Shown here: positions 1 through 13,101 of the stretch, one piece after another
How the letters are laid out: every line of letters begins with the position of its first letter
Numbering within the stretch: position 1 is the first letter of the stretch
Origin: Paraphysomonas bandaiensis
Lineage: Eukaryota; Protista; Chrysophyceae
Assembly: GCA_965644295.1 (NCBI GenBank)
Contig: CBFFRP010000127.1
Coordinates: 1 to 64,000 of the forward strand
Length of the DNA: 64,000 bases
Reading direction: 5' to 3'
The notes under the pieces: model-generated
The model's database searches: none
Told to the model about the DNA's origin: nothing
The model's input: the letters and a program-made list of their open reading frames with translations, nothing else
Program-made: the position numbers and the translations under genes

Positions 1-63
1 CAGATCAATAGCGCCGGTGAGTCCACGGACACACCATAAAGGCGAATTTCATATCACACAAAA

Positions 64-250
64 AGAACGGAAGTGGTTGCACCTTGGTGCTTGCGGCGAC
101 GCACAAGCAGCTTTCGTAGCGTTAAATAGTAGGATAAAAGAGTTTGTATTGATTAGTTACGGGTAGTGGTCTAACTAGTATGACTAGCATTCTTCTAGCC
201 ACTAAAATTGATGCAAGGTCTCAACGCCTATTGCTAAATAATCAGACATT
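64..250 (+). mobile_element. 3' tail of a non-LTR/SINE-like retroelement (5' part runs off the window)
   Basis: ~185-nt block GAACGGAAGTGG...GCTTGCGGCGACGCACAAGC...ACGCCTATTGCTAAATAA shared with copies at 1117-1305 (-), 22393-22590 and 54979-55173. Confidence 0.75.
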
Positions 251-1116
251 CACTACTAAACCTTGTACTATTAAAGAAAGAAATTATAAATTATTAATCT
301 AAACACTTCACAACATACTCATGTATCATCTAGTGAGCATCATTTCTCAGAAACATCTGTTTATCACATGTTAACCAGGCACTCCTATATCTTTTATAGT
401 CACATATCGTAACTGAATTTACTTCCTTTGTACTATAATCACCCATTACACCTATGAGTTGATTTCACCTGTAGAACACTATAAGTCGAGGTAATACCAA
501 AACCTGGTAAAGCGATTTCACCAGGTTTCATATCTAAGTGTTGAGTTATTATTTTACTGTAATCTGAGAGGTGAAATATAAAGAAAAAGTTGCAGTTATA
601 GTTGTTATTAGCAATATTTATTGCGTTACAAGTTGGCCCTGCCACTTGTGTTTTGTAATATCATATTCAATAAAATTAATTCACTTCAATTGCACAATAA
701 TATAATATATTATCGCAACCAATTAATTGACACAGGTTGTACTATATATCATAGCTGCAATTATTACTTGCTGTTCCAATGAATTCAATTGAAATTAATT
801 GCAGTAATCTTAATACTAAACTATACGATCTCAAGTAGCCATGATACAACATTACCTATTAACTTCCAACGTATAGCTTACTCAAGTAATTTCATTCCAT
901 AAGCGACGATTCATGCGTAAAACATAAGTAATTCTAAATGCGAGGAGCCATGCTCTTGCGCAAATCTGTCAATTCTAGCTATAATGACTAATCTTAAAAC
1001 CTTATTGGTTGTGACATGCACGTGATTCATGCTGCGGTATAGACGTGCTCGCCACTGTTGCCTGTTACCATCAATCAAACGTTGCGCAGTGTTGTCAGTC
1101 AGTCACATCAATCTTA

Positions 1117-1636
1117 TTAAACGTCTTCTTATTTAGCAGTAGGCGTTAGAAACCTGTACCAATATAGTGGTTAGTTGAATGCTAGTCATGCTAGTTAGAC
1201 CTCTACCCATAACTAATCCGTACAAATTCCATTATCCTACTATTTAACGCTACAGAAGCTGCTTGTGCGTCGCCGCAAGCACCAAGGCGCAACCACTTCC
1301 GTTCTAAATTTTGTTTGTGAGTTTCGCCCTGCTTGTGCGTCTTTGACTCACTGGCGCGTGATGTCTGGGGGTCTTCCCTTAGGATACGGCTCTACCAGGC
1401 TCTGTGGTACAGGGTTTTGCATTAATGTCCGAAGTGTACCAAGTACTAGATGGGTGTTCTGTGAGGGGAGTGGAGTGGTGGAGGGTGTCGTTGTTTCCTT
1501 GCATCGCTTGGGCATCAGGCATAGGTGTAGTTGCCGGAGACGGCGTCTTTGTCGAGGACTAGATGTTTTCAAGCAGTCCGGTGCTTTATTCCTGCGTGCA
1601 TGAGAGGTGGTGCATGTGGTTGCAGTGGATGGTAGT
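1117..1636 (-). mobile_element. Short non-LTR retroelement copy (520 bp) with 12-bp TSD
   Basis: ACATCAATCTTA at 1105-1116 and 1637-1648. On the minus strand an ORF remnant ending ...PKGRPPDITRQ* is followed by the shared structured 3' tail. Confidence 0.8.
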
Positions 1637-2391
1637 ACATCAATCTTAGCTCTAGTGCACAATCTGTTGTCATCCTATTTTCATCCTCATTTTTTCAACA
1701 CAAAGTGCTGCTATATATAACAACTTGCCAGAGTGCTATATTGGTTTATTTTTCTTCAATTAATCGAAGCTAGCTGAAATCAATTATAATTGCAATTTCA
1801 ATGATTAACAATTAATTGATACAGAGCCCTGATCGCATCATACTGCAAATATCGAAAGTCATTGCATTAGAATATGAAATGTATTCAAGTAAATCAAGGT
1901 CGTATCAATGAATGAATCATCCAGGAAAATATACAATGGCGAGCATGATGTACGATGTACACACTTAAAATTTCTTAAACTACTTTAACTGGAAGAATGT
2001 AACTCCTATTAGATATTAGACCATTGACATTTCTGGAATAGGAAAGATCTGTTTATATAAGAACTTGACAGAATAAGAATTCGATACCAGCGTTTCGATA
2101 GTGTACAAACACAGCGTACTGCATAGAGAACGTTGTCATATTACAAGCGCACATGTTGGCGCTTCATAGCAGTAATGATATCACGCTTGATTTATTCACA
2201 CTACAATATTTCAAAATTATTACTTAGTGATATTTGATATGCAAGTGATTGATACAAAAGTCTAATCTTATGCCTACATGAAGTACTCCGTAAGTGCAAG
2301 GAGTCAAACATCGAGTAGTCACTATAAGACATAAGTATGAGACCATATTAAATACCTACGAGTTGGTGAATGCAACGGGAAAAAGCTCCTT

Positions 2392-5300
2392 TCAAATTCC
2401 AGGTGAGGTATTGGTTCGCTTCAACGCAGAACCCTTAGACAGATTGAAGCTCTCCCGGGACGGGGTTGGATCTGTCTTCTCCACCTCGGGGTTATCCTGG
2501 TGAGCAGCGAACTGGTTAAAAATTTGCTCAAGAGTGGTCTGACCAACTGAATAATCTTGGATATTTAGGCGCTCCTTGGCATCTTCAAAGTTGCGGAATA
2601 CACTCGCAAGAGCCATCTCTTTGGTGGGGATGCGATATCGGAATGAATGCGCTGTACTGCGCTCCAACAGAATCGCACCAGGGAAACTACCAGACATAAA
2701 GCTGTCAAGGCGAATTGCATCGTCCTGTGCAATCCACCACTCTAAAAACGTACGAAGTAGGACAAACCCATCAGCATGCATCATGTCGTACAATGTACCC
2801 CCTTCACCATTTGGTACAATCATATCCGCACGCTCGGGTTCGAGAAGTGCAGCACATAAGCTCTTCCAATCAGAAGTAATTCGTATACGGTTGAACCATG
2901 CCTCTTCCGCATCTTCATCACCAGCGTGTCCATTCTCTACACCATCATGGCCGCTCTCGTCTAACTGAATGTTATGGAGGTTTACTAATCCCGCATCACT
3001 TAATTGGTCAGCCAGTGGTCGCATGGCAGTCATAGTAGCGAAGTTAATCTTTATATCTACTTCATAACCATCTCCGAACCGTTGCTTTAAGTGTTGACCA
3101 GATCCAAGGCAACGCAGGCCACCATTTACCATTATACCAATTCGAGTACACAAGGCTTCAGCTTCCTCCATACTATGTGTAGTGAGAATTATAGAGCAGA
3201 GAGCATCTTGAGTAGAAATGCGGCTAATAACCTGCATGCAAATTGCATTATGCTTGCGTAAAACATAATGTAATATATCTCTACAAGAGTAATATCTCAT
3301 ATACTATTAAATATAAATAAGTCAAAACAATGCCACCAAATAATAGGTGAAATTCGGGTACCTGCCACATAAACCGCCTCGCCATTGGGTCCATTCCAGT
3401 ACTAGGCTGAAACAACACAGATCACGTGCGAAAACAATTCTCCTCAGCAAAACTACTACCTCATCCAGAAATATAATGGAAGGCTCTCCAATCATTGCAA
3501 TAGCAACAGAAAGTTTCCTGAAAAATTTAAGTATTACGAAACGAGGGTCCATGATGACTGTTACATCAATATGCACTGGCCACAAAATCAATATGACATT
3601 CATTTCAAAAGCAATGGCTGACAAACAAAATGGAGGAGAGGAAAGAATACCTTTTATTTCCTCCAGATAAACTCCCAGCAGCTTTGTGCTCGAAATCAGT
3701 GAGATTCATTTGTTCAAGTTTACCGCGGACAACTTCCTGCAGCCTATCTCCTTCCATACCTTTGATGCGGCCATAAAGCTCCAGATGTTCTCTCACAGTC
3801 AATAGTTCCAAGAGAGCATCGAACTGACATAACATAAAAACATCAGTGCAAAGCAACAGTTGCAGTGTGTCGCAACCTACTCGAGGACAGTGTACCACAT
3901 TTAACATATGTAAGCAGACATAATATGAATACTGAACACTTTACACAGTCATACCCATAACCGTAGATTCAAACGGGAACAATGTCATAATTTTACAATA
4001 GTATTCAATAATACCTGAGGACAGTATCCAATTTTTCTGCGAATGTTTGACTGATCTAACTTGATATCATACCCGTCAATGTATGCGGTACCAGACGTCG
4101 GTGGGAATTCACCGGATAAAATCGACAACGTAGTTGTCTTTCCTGTTAACAGTATCAACTCTAAATGAAATACAATGGAGGTGACGCCTTTTATTAAAGG
4201 TCAACCTAATTGCAGCAAGATGCACATGCAACTGATTACTAGTTCTTTTCAACCTACCTGCACCATTGATACCAAGAAAACCGAAACATTCCCCTTTCGG
4301 AATTCCAAAAGCTAACGACTGAACGGCAACTTTCTGACCAATAGGAGTATTAAACACTTTTCTCATTTCATCGATTTTGACAACATCGCCATCAGCATCG
4401 CCACGCTTAACTCGTTCGCGTTCGCGAGCGACGTCTTCGTCTTCAGGTGTTTTAGGATCATGTCCGGCATCGTTTACCTTATGCAGCCACAATAAGAGAC
4501 TAGGAAATGTTAAGGAATATTCCGTCATCAAAGCCAGCCCAAAGTATACCACAGTTTCAACAGCAAGAAAAACCAAATTCGCACCCACAACATTCCAGTG
4601 GTAAGGGGAAACAGTGGAGTCCCAGTCATACCCCTCTCTTGAGATGTTAGGGCAATCCTTGCCATTGTCGCAAAGAGCAAGTTGAGTCAGACCGTCACCC
4701 AAGCAAAATGATGGAAAAAGTCGGAAGAGATATCGTAAATCAACCGCAATCGACTCTGTGCTGTTAATATTGGTGAGAACAAAGGATACTACCATCAAAC
4801 AGAGGCCAGAAAGAAAATTAAAGAACATGACCACCAGCTGGGCAGTGGAATGGGACGTGAATATAAATGACATTAGGTACGTAAATGCAGCAACTGCAGG
4901 TCCAAATAACAGAAACAAAAGGAAAGTTGCAGTTCCACCGTCATTTTTGGTGTAATTGTCCACCCCGAAGGCTAACACAATGCATATTACAAGTGCCACA
5001 GTCGGTAAATACGATAAAACGTCCCATGCGAATGTCGAAAACCAGTAGGCATATATAGAGACGCCACTAATAATTTGCTGATGCTTTGCTTTTACCTCTT
5101 TCTCCTTCACAATGAATGCAGCGTAAGACGCGGGAATAAAGCAAAATGCGATCATAAAAAATAGCGCCGCAGTAAATGCATCAACAGATGCTGCATTGTT
5201 TTCTTGTTCCCACGTGCGCGGAAGAGGATAGTTCCTCACCGTGATACTTGCCGCACCAACACCAGTGAGCACTTGAAGAAAGGCCTCATGAACAAGATTC

Positions 5301-8300
5301 ATATATACGCCAGCACCATGCACAGCACTTCCATTAATCATTACGTTGTAGCTTAAGTCGTTCAATGTTGATTCGCCAGCGACAGTTACCGATCCGTAGT
5401 GCGATGATCCTTTCTGGCCCTTGGGCTTAATATTCTTTATCATGTAGTTGCTTGAATCGAAAAGAGGCGCCGCGCCCTGACTGCAGTTGTAGAATTCGTC
5501 TTCTTCAGGTGTAATCGGTACTGCTAAACCCCACACTCCCCCTCCATCAGTCCCATCGTTTTCGCCATCAAAGTCACCATTAAATCGACTCATGATCTGG
5601 TCCCCCAGAGTACCATCTTCGGTGTTGAATACAACATAGTTGCGGTCAACTTTGTTTTTCAACGGGTTGTATTTACCAGGAGTCAAAGTCAACCCAGGCT
5701 GATTAAAGCCAGGTTGCAATTGTAAGAGCCCTAAACCAAGCACAACTAACAGAACGGGCAGCACAACTTGGCAAATAAACATACGGCGATCACGCTTGCC
5801 ATATATCACACGTTTCAAAAATAAAGCACGGAAGTGTTTGAAAAACACCGCAGAATCAGTATCTGTCTCAAGTGAGCCCACACCAGCATACTTATCAGTA
5901 GTTACAGATTTTTCGGCAGATACAATAGGGGACATAACATCATTATCCCCCGAGGAGTTTACCTTTTGCGGACTTTCGGCAGAACCATTTTCTTTATCTT
6001 GTAGTGCGTCTTTGCTCTGAGCAGACCCCGAACGTTTCCGCTCTTCTACAAAACCAACGATAGATTCGCGTTCAACAATATCCTCGGTATTCTTTCCCAC
6101 ACGAATAAACACTTCTTCAAGCGTAGTAACTGAAATACCATACTCGGCAATCCCAAGAGTACTCTTCTTCTGATCCATCTCTGTAAACATATCGACAAAC
6201 ACAGGAGTAGCAGAAAAAGGTAGGCGATAAGATTGTTCAGCACCAACAAGACTCAAAGGCTCCGCCTGAGGCACATATTTCATCACCAAATCCTTGACGC
6301 CACGAGCAGTGCTGCCAGCCTGAGACTCACGAACAATTGTAAAGGTGTATCCTACACCGTAATTCTTTTTGAGAAAAAGAGAGGAGCCGAAGCATCGTAG
6401 CTGTCCCTCAGCCATAATGGCAATACGATCACCAAGAATATCCGCTTCCTGAAAAATAAAATAAATACAACATCGAAGGCGCTAGACTATAACAACATAC
6501 ATCCATGAAGTGAGTAGTCATAAGAATAACACGATTCTTTTTGTTACGCTGAATGATGTTCCACGTTGACCTTCTTGAGTATGGGTCCATACCAGAAGCT
6601 ACAATGAGATAAACTTTTAAAAAAGTGATTATCAGTACAACAGCGCTTACTTGGCTCATCGAGAATAACAACTTTCGAATCGCCTATTAAGGCAATACCA
6701 AGAGATAACTTACGCTTCTGACCGCCAGAAAGCATAGAGCTCTTAATATTAGTCTTTTCTTTCAGACCAACCTCTCGTATCATTTTCGTTGCAGCAGCAT
6801 CGACTTCACTTGACTTTACACCTTTAAATGCTGCATATATCTGAAGATGCTGCATCACTGTCAAGTCGGGAAACAAAATGTCATGTTGAGGGCAAACACC
6901 GAGCGACTGACGGATAAACTGCATATCCTGAGATATTCTCTTTCCTTCCACAATGGCGTCTCCTGATGAAGGTGGGATAAGTCCTGTCAACATACTGATC
7001 GTTGTAGATTTCCCTACAAATCAACACACTTAGATCACGCTTTAGACCAGCCGAGGTATTCGTACCTGCACCATTATGGCCAAGGAGCACAGTGCATTGG
7101 CCTACGTTGGCGAAAGTAAGAGAACAGTTCTGTTACGCCAATCGCTTATTTACCTTCGTATATATCCATACTGAGATTCTTAACAGCCACCCGATCCTCG
7201 GCAGTTGTTTGAAAAACTCGCCGCAAATTACGTATCATCACACAGCGGTTCTCTTCTTGCTGCCGAAGTAGATCGTTCGAAACGGGTTCAATTTTTGATG
7301 TATCTTCTTCGCTACTCGCAACTCGTTCGCCAGCCGCCAGCAGACTTTCCTCCTTAGCCGAGAGTTTAATGCCGCACCAGTCTAATACACACAAAAATGT
7401 GACATCATAAAATACAGAAAATGGATAATTATGAACGTACACGACGGCAAGAAAGGAAAATAGAAAGGCTTCTGAGTTCCGTATTCAGATGGAATTATTT
7501 TATCGAAATACCACGCCAACACTCCATAGAGAACTGCATCCACACACATCATAGTGACGCACAATGCATAACTGAAATTAGACGTCATTTCGGACGAATT
7601 TGACGTCTGCACACCGACGAGTCCACCTTCGTAATCTGCAAATACATTTGCCCCTAGAGCAAAGCAGGAGGGAGCCAATAAACAGGTAGCAGTTTTGACA
7701 CTCGTGCTATAGCTGGGATCAGAGACAGCGTAGTATGGAAAAAAAGTTGCAAAGAATATCATGGGACCCATAAGAGATGCGATCTTAGACCGAGAGAAAA
7801 AAGTTGACATCAGAAAACACATGTTGATAACAGCTAGTGAAAAAGCCATAAAGTATATGAACACCAGAAACTTGTCAGAGTACTCAAACACACTCGTCAT
7901 AGTAACTAAAACAATCAGCAGACTGACAAGAGCCATCTGTGTAACAGTCGTAATTAGCCATGACATGTTGTAGGCAAATTCCGTTAATCCCATCATCTTC
8001 ATACCCTCCTTAATTCTGTCCTCTTTCTCCAATACCAAACCACGAACTATCCGGCTGACAGGGTAGAGGAAAGAAAGCATATAGAATATACCAAGAGTGG
8101 AAGCAATCACGTACTGAAAATCGTCAGTTTCATACTTTTTCGTAGGCATCAAACCCATAGAAGCCATGATGTTGACATCCGAGCCATACTGCGAGAATAT
8201 ATATCTAGAAACGAAGATATTAGACACGATGAATACAGGGCCCAAAAGGGAGGCCATATGATTAAAATCCTAACGAAGCAAGACAATTACACTTACTTGT

Positions 8301-9336
8301 CCATTACCAGTTGGAGAGTAGAGAAGCCCGAATAAGAATATCCATAAATGAACTCCATACTCTGTGGTTTATATAAATCTTGAGTGTAGAATTGCGTACT
8401 CGGAATGGAGTAAATAAAATCACAGGAGTAAGATTCATTATTGCCCCCGCCGTAGAGACATGCGACTGTGTCATCGTTATCCGCTTCCCACGGGTAGGAA
8501 TAGTTAGTACGAATGGCATATTCCCACTTTATTCCTGCAACATCAGCCTCATAGAGCATAATTCCAAGTCCAATCTTTCCCCACTCATAATCCTCATCGT
8601 CGTAATCTTTATCTGTCATGTAGTTATCCATTTCATTTTTAGATTTGAACAATTTAATAGTTTCAGCAAAATCTTGACTCGTTTCCTCAAGAATATATGA
8701 AGATAAATTCTGACATTGGGAATAGAGTTCATCACTATAATGCACCGGAGATATCGCAAGTATAACATTATTCAGCTGCAAGCGTTCCAGGATGTTGTAC
8801 ATGGGCAAAGATGGGTTATCAGTACCAGTCTGCTCGTACAACTGCGATTCATCACCAACAGTAAACGCTGTAATTCATATTAGGATCACAAAATATGCTT
8901 CATATACTACACTTACTGTAAAAGGGATTGTTGGAACTGCCATAACTGGCCGCACTGTCGACATAGCCGTATTGCTCATACAGCTTCTCTCCTGTCCCAG
9001 ATCGAAAGCTTCCTCGGTAATAATTGCTTTCAGAGCAACCTGCAGGTTTCTCCAGGCAAGTAACAGGTGTAGAGTCATTAGTAATATCAGATGTATAGAA
9101 CCATGGATACTGAGAAAAGAGCATTACAAAAATGAAAACCTTCACAAATAATCACTCACAGCATTTCCACAGTAATAAGCTATGTTCGGAGAATCATAAG
9201 AGCTGGTAATCTGCTTGATCAGAATGAGCAAGGCCATGAAAAGCACAGGCAGGAGAATTTCCGCAGCAGTGCCCCATGGATGAGCAATTTTGAGAAGGTA
9301 ATTCTTCCATAATATAGCCTTGAGCTGTTTGGACAT
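2392..9336 (-). CDS. ABCA: Full-size ABC transporter subfamily A (TMD-NBD-TMD-NBD), multi-exon
   Basis: N-terminus [13 protein letters not shown]...AEILLP; NBD1 [28 protein letters not shown]; NBD2 [27 protein letters not shown]; C-terminal QTTLEQIF; GT-AG introns. Confidence 0.95.
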
Positions 9337-9924
9337 ATTTCCTTCAAACTGGTGAGGTTGTAATAAATGAGTACACTATCTGTAGCGAAACAATGCGAGA
9401 CGATTATCAGTACACCAGAGATGTACACTGTTCGCTCTCTTATGTTATCTAATCAACCTACGAACTCTAACAATTATAATAGTGATGAAGTGGTGGATGT
9501 GATGTGTGTGTGTATACTCCACTTCTATGCAAGTGCACTATTCCTACAGCTATTTGGTATGGAAATCGAAAGATCCAAAAACATGCTGTGACAACCACAC
9601 AACGATGTGGGATATTATATGGGTTTTTATGGTTCCTTCTCACAAATGTGCATGTATCATCAAAATATCCGGATATCTATACACTTCTAGACTTTATCAC
9701 ATATGTGTAGGAATTCCTATACCAGGTACTGTATATACAGTAGCTAGAGAGGTAGGACGAGGCAGTATCTCCTGCAGTGTCGGATATCCTCCAGATAGGC
9801 ATGGCCTTTACGATAGTTGTAACTCTCAATACCTTTTAAATGAATATTATGACACACTGCTGCATTAGATATCTACACTATAATCGATGTGTTGAACCGG
9901 TATCTATTGGAGAATATTAACGCT

Positions 9925-10914
9925 ATGGACATGAAGAGAGTGGCATTAGCTGCATGTCGGACTGCTATGCAAACAGCTCCAGCTGCTCAAGCTGAAATGA
10001 ATCTACTTGTGAAAGCGCTTCGAAATTATAATGTTCAAGGTGATGTTGTTATCTGGGGCAGCCAATCGGTAAATTGGAAAAGCTATAGTTTGGTGATGAT
10101 TTGTCAAACATGGGACTATATCGACTGCCTGACTCCTTTTATTGAATGGTGCGACAGGGTTTCTAAGGTCACAAAATTGTTTAATTCTCCAGCTGTTGTT
10201 CGATGGAATTCTAACAAATTTTATCTTGAAGATTTAAAAGCAGCTGGTGTGAGAACAATGCCATCGGTGTTAGTTAAATCCAAAGTAGAATGGAATAAAC
10301 AAAGCCTCATGCGTGAACTTTTCAGTCGTCAGTGGTCCTCCATTGTTATTAAGCCTACAGTTGGGTGTGATAGTGATGGCGTAGCATTCTTTAATAGTCT
10401 GAGTGATAGTTGGTTTGAGCATGCCATGTATCTCATGGAATCCGGTCATGATGGAGTTCTTATCCAACCTTTTGTACATTCTATAAAAACACATGGGGAA
10501 GTGTCACTAATTTTTGTAGACGGTTCTTACAGTCATGCTGTGCGTAAATATGTTGGCCCTGGAGAGTTCCGAATTCAAGAGCGGTTTGGAGGGGGGTATG
10601 AACCATTTGAACCAACTCGTGACATGCTTGACACTGCGTCGAGTGTTATTTCGGCACTTAGAGAACTAATCATGCCACGGGAATATATTAACGGGGTACT
10701 CTACGTGAGGGTTGATCTGATGGGCCTCTGTCAAAATGGTTATAATCTACAGTGGGTGGTTGGAGAGGTCGAGATGGTGGAACCATTCCTTTATTTGATC
10801 CAGTCGTACGACTCCAATAATATACACGTGTCAGACGAGAGTAATGGGTCGGCCACTGCCGATAAGATTGCAGCTGCCATTGTACGTCGTCTAAATCGGA
10901 CTATATATATTTAA
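9925..10914 (+). CDS. ATP-grasp ligase, bacterial RimK/glutathione-synthetase-like (DcsG-like) family; intronless
   Basis: Motifs TWDY, WNSNKFYL, IKPTVG, LIQPF, GEVSLIFVDGSYSHAVRK, FRIQERFGG, YVRVDL, EVEMVEPFLYL. First ATG at 9925. Confidence 0.85.
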   Translation: MDMKRVALAACRTAMQTAPAAQAEMNLLVKALRNYNVQGDVVIWGSQSVNWKSYSLVMICQTWDYIDCLTPFIEWCDRVSKVTKLFNSPAVVRWNSNKFYLEDLKAAGVRTMPSVLVKSKVEWNKQSLMRELFSRQWSSIVIKPTVGCDSDGVAFFNSLSDSWFEHAMYLMESGHDGVLIQPFVHSIKTHGEVSLIFVDGSYSHAVRKYVGPGEFRIQERFGGGYEPFEPTRDMLDTASSVISALRELIMPREYINGVLYVRVDLMGLCQNGYNLQWVVGEVEMVEPFLYLIQSYDSNNIHVSDESNGSATADKIAAAIVRRLNRTIYI

Positions 10915-11343
10915 TTGAAAAGTGAATAATAAATAATAGATTATTTTGTGTATACAGTATTCACCAGGGATTCGTACATATTTAATTTTCTTAGAACGAA
11001 GGACTCAGTACGATGTATTCATGTTAACAGTCTACTTCTTTATATTGTGTTATGCATCATTGATTGGCACGGGAAATAGGGACTAAGAATATTAACCACT
11101 TCAAGTTCTGTGCCTTCTACAATCGACTCCATTATTAGTTATACGTGGGATTACTCCTACTTACTACCATCCTGAAATCACTCATCAAACCTAGTTCTAT
11201 GCATGAATCAGGTATATAACGAGGCTATACCACCGCATGTACAAGAACTACATTAATCACAAGAGGCAGTCTCACACAGTGCGCTGCATAGTCTGACATA
11301 CAGGAGGTGCCTTTTATGCAAATATAGCACATAAAAGGCCTTA

Positions 11344-12520
11344 TTAATTTTTTCTAGAAAACGATCGCTCTGCGCTCTTGACTGTATTCTTTAGAAGCAT
11401 CGCTATTGTCATAGGACCAACTCCACCCGGGACAGGCGTGATGTGCCCAGCAACCTATACACCTTTTAACACAACACAAAAGAAGTTACACTTTTACCTC
11501 CTTGCATGACTCAAAGTGACAGTCACCCACAAGTCGGTATCCTTTTTTAGTCGTCTTATCCTGCCAATCATACCCATTAGCAATAGCATTCCATTAATAT
11601 CATATTAATACCTCAACGGAGTTGATACCCACGTCAATAACCACCGCCCCCGGCTTCAGCCACTCTCCTTTCACCATTTCCGCCCGGCCCACGGCCGCAA
11701 CGACGATATCAGCTTGGCGAACAACCCCAGCAATATCTTGCGTCCGTGAGTGTGCGATTGTAACTGTGGCATTGCGTTGCATCAGAAGTAGAGCAATAGG
11801 AATGCCAACGATATTGGAACGGCCAATAACAACAGCACGCTTGGACTCTATCCCACAACCTATGCGGTCAAGAAGCTCAATTATACCCTCAGGTGTGCAA
11901 GCTACATTGAAGTCAAGTGCATCGGATGTCCACGCATCGCGTGCAGCTTTGTGGGTGTTGGTCTGATTTAGACGGGCGACATTCAGAGGGTGTAGACCGT
12001 CCACATCTTTTTCAACTGCGATCTTCTCAATAACGGTTTGCTCACATATGTGAGTCGGAAGAGGGAGCTGAACTAGTATGCCATGCACATCTTCTTTTTT
12101 ATTCAATTCATCGACTACAGAAACATGACAAGGTAGATGTTAGAAAAGCAAGATACAAGATACGAGCTTACTCTTATTAAGAAGTTCACTTTCTGAGACG
12201 TCAGATGGGTAGTCGACACTAAAAGACTCCACTCCAATCTCTTTACATGCCTTCTTTTTCGATTTAACATAAGTTGCGGAGTCTCGTCGGTCGCCAACAA
12301 GGACAACAGCAAGCCCTGGCTTATGCGCCATTTTGCTCACTTTTTCCTTCAGTTCCGAACGGATTGCTTTTGCCGTTGCAACTCCTACAATTAATTATCA
12401 CGATTTCCGGACAGATGATCGTAAACGCTTACCATCGATGATATTTCCAGCTGATGAAAATGGCCGCACAGGATTCAGTGTACGCACCAAAGGAATGGTC
12501 TTTCTTATTAGTCGTGACAT
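11344..12520 (-). CDS. folD: Methylenetetrahydrofolate dehydrogenase/cyclohydrolase (FolD) with probable mitochondrial presequence, multi-exon
   Basis: [75 protein letters not shown]-terminus [23 protein letters not shown] is Arg/Ser-rich with no acidic residues. Confidence 0.95.
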
Positions 12521-13101
12521 ATTAGGGAATTAAACTTTCTATATGCTAAGCAATCAAAGTTCTGGAGGCGGAGTATGTGTTATGATGCTAGTGCAATGCA
12601 ATTGTGGTCTTACAGTATGTAAATCAATCAATTTACAGACAGATACTGTGCTGTTATACTATGATGAAATCCAAAGCAAAGCTCTCCTGTTGCTACAGTA
12701 CCTGCATATACGTATACTGCTGTACGTACTCATCATGCACTCAGTAAAAAAAATCTACACACCTCTATACAAAAAAAGAAGAAAGAACCTTCGACGAACA
12801 AATACCAAAACTGACTAGATATGGATATTATGTACTACGACTACGTATATGTACAGTATATATACACACGGCATATACCGACACGGTATACCAGGAGTAT
12901 ACCACCTATACGACAGACGTAGTGGTGTAGTTGTATAGTGTAGTATATTGTATTCTGTATTGCAGTTGAGGTGTTGCTTGCTGTCTGTACATCATCACAA
13001 TGCAGGCAGTACAGTGCATAGCATCAACAAGCATCTATCTATCTATCTATCAATCTACAGTATCTCAGTCATTCCTCATTTAATTGAGCCAGGTTCCAAC
13101 C
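12521..13101. promoter_or_regulatory. Putative bidirectional promoter between folD and fhs
   Basis: 581-bp spacer between divergent start codons; several GTATAC palindromes and TACAG/CTGTA motifs, as in the other divergent spacers. Confidence 0.55.

Noticed and set aside
715-830. Short match to ~49735-49812 (CAATTATTACTTGCTGTTCCAAT)
   Set aside because: Probably an old repeat fragment; no termini or TSD to classify it.
64-1305. Apparent 1.2-kb DNA transposon with 185-bp terminal inverted repeats
   Set aside because: The right-hand repeat belongs to an insertion with its own TSD (1105-1116/1637-1648) and the same block occurs singly elsewhere. These are two tail-to-tail retroelement copies.
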